A stretch of DNA of 64,000 nt, taken from positions 352,001 through 416,000 of the forward strand of contig OZ255842.1 in assembly GCA_965277805.1 (NCBI GenBank), given 5' to 3'. The translations under genes and the position numbers were made by a program. This document shows positions 57,759 to 64,000 of this stretch, in pieces. Numbering within the stretch: the first letter of the stretch is position 1; each line of letters opens with the position of its first letter. Below the pieces are notes generated by a model. That model saw only the letters and a list, made by a program, of their open reading frames with translations. It did no database searches and was not told the DNA's origin. The DNA is from Candidatus Lustribacter sp. GTDB lineage: Bacteria > Vulcanimicrobiota > Vulcanimicrobiia > Vulcanimicrobiales > Vulcanimicrobiaceae.

Positions 57759-59139
57759 CGCGACGGTAACGGTTATTGGCGGTGGTCTCGCCGGTTGCGA
57801 GGCTGCGTGGCAGCTCGCACGGCGCGGCGTGCGCGTGCGATTGTACGAACGCCGGCCGCATTCCAGCGGTCCGGCGCACCACACCGACATGCTGGCCGAA
57901 CTCGTTTGCAGCAATTCGCTGCGCGGCGTTGCGCTCGAGAACTGCGTCGGCTTGCTCAAGGAAGAACTGGCGCGGCTCGATTCGCTGATCGTCACGTCGG
58001 CGCGTGAAGCGGCGGTGCCGGCCGGAGGGGCGCTCGCCGTCGACCGCGAGCACTTCAGCGCGATCGTCGAGTCGCGGCTGCTCGGGCTGCCGAATCTCGA
58101 GATCGAGCGCGAAGAAGTGCCGGCAATCCCCGCCACGGGGATCGTGATCGTCGCCTGCGGCCCGCTGCCTTCGCCGGCGCTGGCCGCGCAAATCGACGCG
58201 CTCGTCGGCGGCGGACGCCTGCACTACTACGACGCCGCGGCGCCGATCGTCGCGACCGATTCGATCGATATGGCGGCCACGTACCGCAAGTCGCGCTACG
58301 ATAAGGGCGACGGCGATGACTATCTCAATATTCCGCTGGAGAAAGAGCAGTACCAGCAATTCATCGCCGACCTGCGCGATCTGCCGCGGCACGATCCGAA
58401 AGATTTCGAACTCGATGCCGCCGCCGGCAAGGTGCCGTACTTCGAGGGCTGTCTGCCGATCGAAGAGATGGCAGCACGCGGCGAGGATACGCTGCGCTAT
58501 GGTCCGCTCAAACCGGTCGGGCTGCGCGATCCGCGTACCGGCAAGACGCCGTACGCGGTCGTGCAGCTGCGCAACGAAGATGCGGACGGCAAATCGCTCA
58601 ACCTGGTCGGCTTCCAAACGCGGTTGACGTGGCCGGCGCAAAAAGAAGCGTTCGGCAAATTGCCGGGCCTCGCGAACGCGGAGTGGCTGCGCCTGGGCGT
58701 GATGCACCGCAATACGTTCATCGATTCGCCGCGCTTGCTCGACGCGCAACTCCAGCTGCGCGCGCGCCCGGGACTCTTCTTCGCAGGCCAAATCACCGGC
58801 GCCGAAGGCTACGTGGAAGCGGCCGCGTGCGGAGCGATGGCGGGCATCGCTGCCGCCTATGCCGCGATCGGCAACGTCGCGCCGGCCATTCCGTCCGACA
58901 CCGCGCTCGGCGCCGTAGTCGCGCACTTGCAGAATGCCGCGTCGCCGGATTTTCAGCCGGCCAACGTGACGTGGACGTGGTTCTCGCCGTTGCCGGGCAA
59001 GCCGATCCGGGAAAAGCGACTGCGCCGCGCGGCCCTCGCAGCCCGCGCGCTCGAACGCATCGACGCATTTGCCAGGGCCGTGGCCGTAACGCCCGGCAGA
59101 GAAAGCGCGCTTGCAACTGCGGGTGCTCTCCCGGAGTAA
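57745..59139 (+). CDS. trmFO: Folate-dependent tRNA m5U54 methyltransferase
   Basis: GGGLAGCEAA, ELVCSNS, YFEGCLPIE, GFQTRL, GVMHRNTF, AGQITG.EGY. Confidence 0.96.
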   Translation: MSQSDATVTVIGGGLAGCEAAWQLARRGVRVRLYERRPHSSGPAHHTDMLAELVCSNSLRGVALENCVGLLKEELARLDSLIVTSAREAAVPAGGALAVDREHFSAIVESRLLGLPNLEIEREEVPAIPATGIVIVACGPLPSPALAAQIDALVGGGRLHYYDAAAPIVATDSIDMAATYRKSRYDKGDGDDYLNIPLEKEQYQQFIADLRDLPRHDPKDFELDAAAGKVPYFEGCLPIEEMAARGEDTLRYGPLKPVGLRDPRTGKTPYAVVQLRNEDADGKSLNLVGFQTRLTWPAQKEAFGKLPGLANAEWLRLGVMHRNTFIDSPRLLDAQLQLRARPGLFFAGQITGAEGYVEAAACGAMAGIAAAYAAIGNVAPAIPSDTALGAVVAHLQNAASPDFQPANVTWTWFSPLPGKPIREKRLRRAALAARALERIDAFARAVAVTPGRESALATAGALPE

Positions 59140-59148
59140 AGGGTTCGG

Positions 59149-59679
59149 ATGCGCATTCGATCGACCACGATCGTCGCGGTCCTTCGCGACGGTAAGATCG
59201 CGATGGCCGGCGACGGACAAGTCACCCTCGACAAGACCGTCATGAAACACGGCGCCCGCAAGGTGCGCCGGATCGCCGGGGGTGCCGTGATTGCGGGCTT
59301 CGCCGGCAGCGCTGCCGACGGCATCACGCTGCTCGAGAAATTCGAGGGCAAGCTCAACGCGTCGGGCAGCAACCTGATGCGCGCCGCCGTCGAGCTTGCC
59401 AAGGACTGGCGCCAAGATCGCGCGCTGCGCCGGCTCGAAGCGCTGCTGCTGGTCGGCAACCCGGAACATCTGCTGGTGCTCAGCGGCACGGGCGACGTGA
59501 TCGAACCCGACGAGGGCATCGCGGCGATCGGCAGCGGCGGACCGTATGCGCAAGCGGCAGCGATGGCGCTGCTTTCGAACTCCACGCTCGATGCCGAGGC
59601 GATCGCGCGCGAGGCGTTGCGCATCGCTTCGAAAATCTGCATTTACACCAACGACGACATTACCGTCGAGACCGCCTGA
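59149..59679 (+). CDS. hslV: ATP-dependent protease peptidase subunit
   Basis: [33 protein letters not shown]. Confidence 0.96.
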   Translation: MRIRSTTIVAVLRDGKIAMAGDGQVTLDKTVMKHGARKVRRIAGGAVIAGFAGSAADGITLLEKFEGKLNASGSNLMRAAVELAKDWRQDRALRRLEALLLVGNPEHLLVLSGTGDVIEPDEGIAAIGSGGPYAQAAAMALLSNSTLDAEAIAREALRIASKICIYTNDDITVETA

Positions 59680-61121
59680 TGCCCGAACTGCAAGATCTCA
59701 CCCCGCGCCAGATCGTCGCGGAACTCGATAAGTACATCGTCGGACAGGCGAAGGCCAAGCGCGCCGTAGCGATCGCGCTGCGCAACCGCTTCCGGCGCGA
59801 ACAACTGCCCGAAGAACTGCGCCGCGAAGTGATTCCGAAGAACATCCTGATGATCGGGCCGACCGGCGTCGGCAAGACCGAGATCGCCCGCCGGCTGGCA
59901 TCGCTCGCCGGCGCGCCGTTCGTCAAGGTCGAGGCGACGAAGTACACCGAGGTCGGCTACGTCGGCCGCGACGTCGAGTCGATGGTGCGCGACCTGGCCG
60001 AAGCCGCGATCCGGATGGTGAAAGAAGAACGCCGCGGCGACGTCAAGGAAGCGGCCGAACATGCCGCGATCGAACGGATCATCGACGTGCTGCATCCGGA
60101 GACGCGCGCGCCGCAAGCATCGCAGAACAACCCGTTTGCCGCGACGCTCGGATCCATCTTCGGCAACTCGTTCGGCCAACAGGCGAACCAGCCGCAGCAA
60201 ACGCCGCAGCCGGCGGCGCAGCCGGCGCCGCCACACGAATCGGAACGCATCCGCACCGAAGCGCGGGCCGACATCGAGCGCGGCTTCTACGACGTGCGCT
60301 TGATCGAGATCGAGGTCGAAGAGACGCCGAATCTGCCGATGGGCATGATGGGCGGCGGCGACGGCGCGGGCATGGGCGGCGCCGGCGACATGAGCGAGAT
60401 GCTCTCCGGCCTCTTACCGAAGAAGAAAGCGCAGAAGCGCGTCACGGTGGCCGATGCGCGCCGCGTCTTCGCGCAAGAAGAAGAAGCGAAGCTGATCGAC
60501 ATGGACGCCGTCAAGCGCGAGGCGCTGCGGCGGGCCGGTGAACGCGGGATCATCTTCATCGACGAGATCGACAAGATCGCCACGCGCGAAGGCCGCGGCG
60601 TCGACGTCTCACGCGAAGGCGTGCAGCGCGACATCCTCCCGATCGTCGAAGGCAGCACCGTCAACACGAAGTACGGGCCGCTGGCGACCGACCACGTGCT
60701 ATTCGTCGCGGCCGGCGCGTTCCACATGAGCAAGCCGTCCGATCTGATTCCGGAACTTCAGGGACGCTTCCCGATTCGCGTCGAGCTCGACAGCCTGACC
60801 GCGGCCGATTTCGAAACGATCCTCACCCAACCGAAGAACGCGTTGATGACGCAGTACACTGCGCTGCTCGCGGCCGACGGCGTGAAGCTCGACATTCGTC
60901 CCGAGGGCATCGCGGCAATCGCGCGCATCGCGACCGAAGTGAACGAACGCGACGAAAACATCGGCGCGCGCCGTTTGCACACGGTGCTCGAACGCGTCTT
61001 CGAAGAGATCGGTTATGCCGCACCGGAAGTCGCGGAAACCGTCGTCATCGATGCTGCGTACGTGTCCGATCGTCTGGGCGAAATCGCCGCCAGCGCCGAT
61101 CTCTCGAACTTCATCCTGTAG
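59679..61121 (+). CDS. hslU: ATP-dependent protease ATPase subunit
   Basis: GPTGVGKTEIARR, TEVGYVGRDVE, FIDEIDK, ELQGRFPIRV, ENIGARRL. Confidence 0.96.
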   Translation: MPELQDLTPRQIVAELDKYIVGQAKAKRAVAIALRNRFRREQLPEELRREVIPKNILMIGPTGVGKTEIARRLASLAGAPFVKVEATKYTEVGYVGRDVESMVRDLAEAAIRMVKEERRGDVKEAAEHAAIERIIDVLHPETRAPQASQNNPFAATLGSIFGNSFGQQANQPQQTPQPAAQPAPPHESERIRTEARADIERGFYDVRLIEIEVEETPNLPMGMMGGGDGAGMGGAGDMSEMLSGLLPKKKAQKRVTVADARRVFAQEEEAKLIDMDAVKREALRRAGERGIIFIDEIDKIATREGRGVDVSREGVQRDILPIVEGSTVNTKYGPLATDHVLFVAAGAFHMSKPSDLIPELQGRFPIRVELDSLTAADFETILTQPKNALMTQYTALLAADGVKLDIRPEGIAAIARIATEVNERDENIGARRLHTVLERVFEEIGYAAPEVAETVVIDAAYVSDRLGEIAASADLSNFIL

Positions 61122-61229
61122 CGGTCATCGTAAGGCGTCCCTAAGCGCGGGGTTCGTGTTGCCTCATCGAGTTCGCAAGTGCATCATGCGGGGAATAGCC
61201 AGGCACTACGTCCATCTGGAGGATTCATC

Positions 61230-61493
61230 ATGGCTGACCGCATCTCGCGCGGCGAGATCATCTCGCTGCTCGCCGGCATTCCCGCCGCCGTAGCCGTAAC
61301 CACGACCATCGCTTCCGCCGCCGACGATTCGAGCGGCACCAAGGCTCAGTACAAGTACCAGAGCAAGCCCGGACCCAAGGGTCAGGTCTGTGGCGGCTGC
61401 GCCCTCTTCAAGGCTCCCGCAGCGTGCCAACTCGTCAAGGGCAAGATCAGCCCCAAAGGCTACTGCATCGCCTACGCCCCCAAAGCGCACTAG
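61230..61493 (+). CDS. High-potential iron-sulfur protein (HiPIP)
   Basis: YQSKP...CGGCALF...CQLVKGKISPKGYCIAY, a four-Cys HiPIP pattern; Tat-like signal; GGAGGA RBS. Confidence 0.88.
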   Translation: MADRISRGEIISLLAGIPAAVAVTTTIASAADDSSGTKAQYKYQSKPGPKGQVCGGCALFKAPAACQLVKGKISPKGYCIAYAPKAH

Positions 61494-61507
61494 GATTCAC
61501 GGTCCAA

Positions 61508-61537
61508 TTGACAGCCCTAGGGGCGGCGTGATACAAC
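61508..61537 (+). promoter_or_regulatory. Sigma-70 promoter of the aromatic amino acid operon
   Basis: TTGACA-N18-TACAAC with TG extension, 8 nt before the leader ATG. Confidence 0.65.
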
Positions 61538-61545
61538 CCAACCTG

Positions 61546-61623
61546 ATGCTCGTGAACGGTTTTGGGTATTTTGGCTTTTTTAGCTGGGCGATTTCGCGCC
61601 GGCGAGCCGACTCTTTGCCGTAA
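61546..61623 (+). CDS. Phe/Tyr/Trp leader peptide (25 aa)
   Basis: MLVNGFGYFGFFSWAISRRRADSLP: 4 Phe, 1 Tyr and 1 Trp clustered. Confidence 0.85.
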   Translation: MLVNGFGYFGFFSWAISRRRADSLP

Positions 61624-61648
61624 CGTCCACGACCAGGACGACAACTGC

Positions 61649-61684
61649 AAGAGCCCCTCGCCGGCGCGAGGGGCTTTTCTTATT
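61649..61684 (+). terminator. Attenuator terminator
   Basis: AAGAGCCCCTCGC-CGGC-GCGAGGGGCTTTT plus T-rich tail; 13-bp antiterminator 61594-61606 / 61657-61669. Confidence 0.88.
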
Positions 61685-61717
61685 CCGGTCACGCTTGACC
61701 GATGTGATGGAGACGCG

Positions 61718-63505
61718 ATGACGACCGCCCAGACGCAAGCCCCGACTCCCGCTACCCCTGCCCTGACCATGACCGCTGCCTTCGAGGGAATCGAGGGCGC
61801 GTACTCACACGTGGTGCTCGAAGCCTATGCGGGCCGGCGCGGCGTGACGTTCCAGCCGTTGGGCTGCCCGACGTTCCGCGCGGTCGCCCACGCCGTGCTC
61901 GGCGGCCGGGCCGACGTCGGTTTGCTGCCGATCGACAACGCGATCGCCGGTACGATCCGCGAAGGCTACGACATCCTGGCCGAATACGAGCTCGACCCGC
62001 TGGCGGAAATCACGCTGCGGCTCGAGCATCGCCTCGTCGGCCTGCCGGGTGCCACGCTCGAGGGCGTGCGCGAGATCGAGTCGCACGCGATCGTCCTGGC
62101 CGAGTGCGGCCGTTTTCTCGCCTCGCTGCCCGACGTGAAACGCGTTCCTGTCGGCGATACCGCGATCGCGGCCCGCAATGTGGCCGCGGCCAAGGATCCG
62201 ACGCACGCGGCGATCTGCTCCAAAGAAGCCGCGGAGCGCTACGGCCTCGTCGAACTGGCCGGTTCGATCGCCGATCATCCCGATAACACCACACGCTTCT
62301 TGCTCTTCCGCGCCCCGGTTGCGGCCGGGGTGGCCGCCGAGTTCGAACCGGCTGCGGCGGGTACCGACCGCAAGACCTCGCTCGTCTTCTCCGTCGCCGA
62401 CAAACCCGGCGCGCTCGCGCGTTCGCTCGATGCGTTCGGCAAGCACGGCCTCAACGTCTCGAAGCTCGACTCGAAGTCGCGGCTGGGCACGAGCGAGTTC
62501 GCGTTCTATGCCGACATCGACGGCGACGTGCGCGAAGAGCGTTTCGCCGACGCGCTCCACGATCTCAAGGAATACACCTCGTCGCTGCACATCATCGGTT
62601 CCTACGATGCCGGCACGGCGCCGGCACGCGTGCGCCGGCCCATCGACGTGGTGATCGACAACGCGCCGGCCGTCGTGCCGAGCGTGAGCAAGCAGAAGCA
62701 GAACTTCCCGAAGGTCACCCGCGAACCGGGCCAGCCGCGCTCCAAAGTGCGCGTCGGCAACGTCGTGCTCGAAGACGGGACGTTCATCATCGCCGCCGGA
62801 CCGTGCAGCGTCGAATCGCGCGAGCAGCTCTTCGCGGTCGCGCACGAGATCAAAGATCACGGCGCGGTCATGATGCGCGGCGGCGCGTTCAAGCCTCGCA
62901 CCTCGCCATACGCCTTCCAAGGCATGGGCTGGGAAGGCTTGGCACTGCTGGCCGAAGCCGGCCGCGAAACCGGCATGCCGATCGTCAGCGAAGTGATGAG
63001 CATCGACCAAGTCGAGCGCATGGGCCAGTCGGTCGATATGTATCAGATCGGCGCGCGCAACATGCAGAACTTCGATTTGCTCAAGGCCGTCGGCAAGACG
63101 CAGATTCCGGTGCTGCTCAAACGCGGGATGTCGGCGAGCCTCGACGAGCTGCTCAGCGCAGCCGAATACATCCTCTCCGAAGGCAACCCGGACGTCGTGC
63201 TCTGCGAGCGCGGCATCCGCACGTTCGAAACGGCGACGCGCAACACGCTCGATCTCTCGGCGGTCGCGGTGCTGCGCGAGAAGACGCATCTGCCGATCAT
63301 GGTCGATCCGTCGCACGGCGTCGGCGTGCGGCGCTGGATCCGCCCGCTGTGCCGCGCGGCCAAGGCCGTCGGCGCGAACGGCATCCTGATCGAAGTGCAT
63401 CCGAATCCGGCCGTCGCGAAGAGCGACGCGGAACAGGCGCTCACGTTCCAGGATTACGAAGACATCGTCAACGATCTGGCGCAGATCCCGTTCATTCAGG
63501 ACTAG
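61718..63505 (+). CDS. Fused prephenate dehydratase (PDT+ACT) / type I-beta DAHP synthase
   Basis: GIEGAYS, LPIDNAIAG, NTTRF and ACT DKPGAL; then AGPCSVES, RGGAFKPRTSPY, IGARNMQN, LCERGIRTF, DPSH. Confidence 0.9.
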   Translation: MTTAQTQAPTPATPALTMTAAFEGIEGAYSHVVLEAYAGRRGVTFQPLGCPTFRAVAHAVLGGRADVGLLPIDNAIAGTIREGYDILAEYELDPLAEITLRLEHRLVGLPGATLEGVREIESHAIVLAECGRFLASLPDVKRVPVGDTAIAARNVAAAKDPTHAAICSKEAAERYGLVELAGSIADHPDNTTRFLLFRAPVAAGVAAEFEPAAAGTDRKTSLVFSVADKPGALARSLDAFGKHGLNVSKLDSKSRLGTSEFAFYADIDGDVREERFADALHDLKEYTSSLHIIGSYDAGTAPARVRRPIDVVIDNAPAVVPSVSKQKQNFPKVTREPGQPRSKVRVGNVVLEDGTFIIAAGPCSVESREQLFAVAHEIKDHGAVMMRGGAFKPRTSPYAFQGMGWEGLALLAEAGRETGMPIVSEVMSIDQVERMGQSVDMYQIGARNMQNFDLLKAVGKTQIPVLLKRGMSASLDELLSAAEYILSEGNPDVVLCERGIRTFETATRNTLDLSAVAVLREKTHLPIMVDPSHGVGVRRWIRPLCRAAKAVGANGILIEVHPNPAVAKSDAEQALTFQDYEDIVNDLAQIPFIQD

Positions 63506-63515
63506 CGCTTCCGCG

Positions 63516-64000
63516 ATGATGAACACGCAAGCCCGGAGCGAGACGGTCGCTCCGGCGCGCGTACTCGGGCACCAAGCGCCGCACATTCCGGGCGACAAAT
63601 CGATCTCGCACCGGGCGGTGATTTTCGCCGCGATGGCCGAGGGCGAATCGCACATCACCAACGTCGCTCCGGGCGAAGATGTCGCATCGTCGATGCGCTG
63701 CGTCGCCGCGCTCGGTGCGAGCGTGCAGCGCGACGGCCTCAACGTGCGCATTCGCGGTGGCGCGTGGCGCGATCCGGCAGAGCCGCTCGACTGCGGCAAT
63801 TCCGGGACGACGATGCGCTTCCTGATCGGTGCGCTCGCGGGCCGCGGGATTGCCGCGACCCTGATCGGCGATGAATCGCTCAGCCGCCGGCCGATGCTGC
63901 GGGTGGCCGAACCGATGCGCGAACTCGGCGCGGTCGTCGATACTGCCGCGGGCGGCACCGCGCCAGTGCACGCGCGCGGCGGTCATCCGCTGCACGGCGG
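63516..64000 (+). CDS. aroA: EPSP synthase (3' end outside window)
   Basis: PGDKSISHRA, LDCGNSGTTMRF, GDESLSRRPM.RVAEP. Confidence 0.95.
   Translation, partial: MMNTQARSETVAPARVLGHQAPHIPGDKSISHRAVIFAAMAEGESHITNVAPGEDVASSMRCVAALGASVQRDGLNVRIRGGAWRDPAEPLDCGNSGTTMRFLIGALAGRGIAATLIGDESLSRRPMLRVAEPMRELGAVVDTAAGGTAPVHARGGHPLHG

Overview
High-GC bacterial chromosomal window with no rRNA, tRNA, CRISPR array, prophage or transposase. Gene order (topA-trmFO-hslVU, GerMN-amidase-murI, secG), outer-membrane and flagellar features and many solute-binding proteins suggest a diderm, motile Terrabacteria-type soil organism, possibly Ca. Eremiobacterota; this is inference only. Housekeeping genes lie at both ends (ettA, hom, panB, murI, dxs, secG, oppDF, topA, trmFO, hslVU, a pheA-DAHP synthase fusion, aroA). 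About 6-44 kb is an accessory mosaic: dispersed aromatic-acid catabolism (two Rieske oxygenases, a dihydrodiol dehydrogenase-like enzyme, two decarboxylase-like families, a LigJ-like hydratase, three tandem RraA/LigK paralogues, a ThDP enzyme, a CoA ligase, ABC transporters), ModE-boxed molybdate genes and an aquaporin-type ars operon. The best candidate for a new system is a three-gene operon at 11.9-15.5 kb: a Cyc2-like monoheme cytochrome-porin, a lipoprotein multicopper oxidase and a CusF-SCO copper chaperone, headed by tandem TTAGG-N4-CCTAA (DtxR/IdeR-like) boxes; a HiPIP gene lies at 61.2 kb. Other notable non-coding signals: two ribosome-mediated attenuators (Thr/Ile/Met and Phe/Tyr/Trp leaders), a sigma-28 promoter on an orphan flaG operon, a shared MarR-type operator, three related palindromic elements, a probable ACG start codon and a frameshifted small membrane gene. 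All product calls come from motif recognition by eye; no searches were run.
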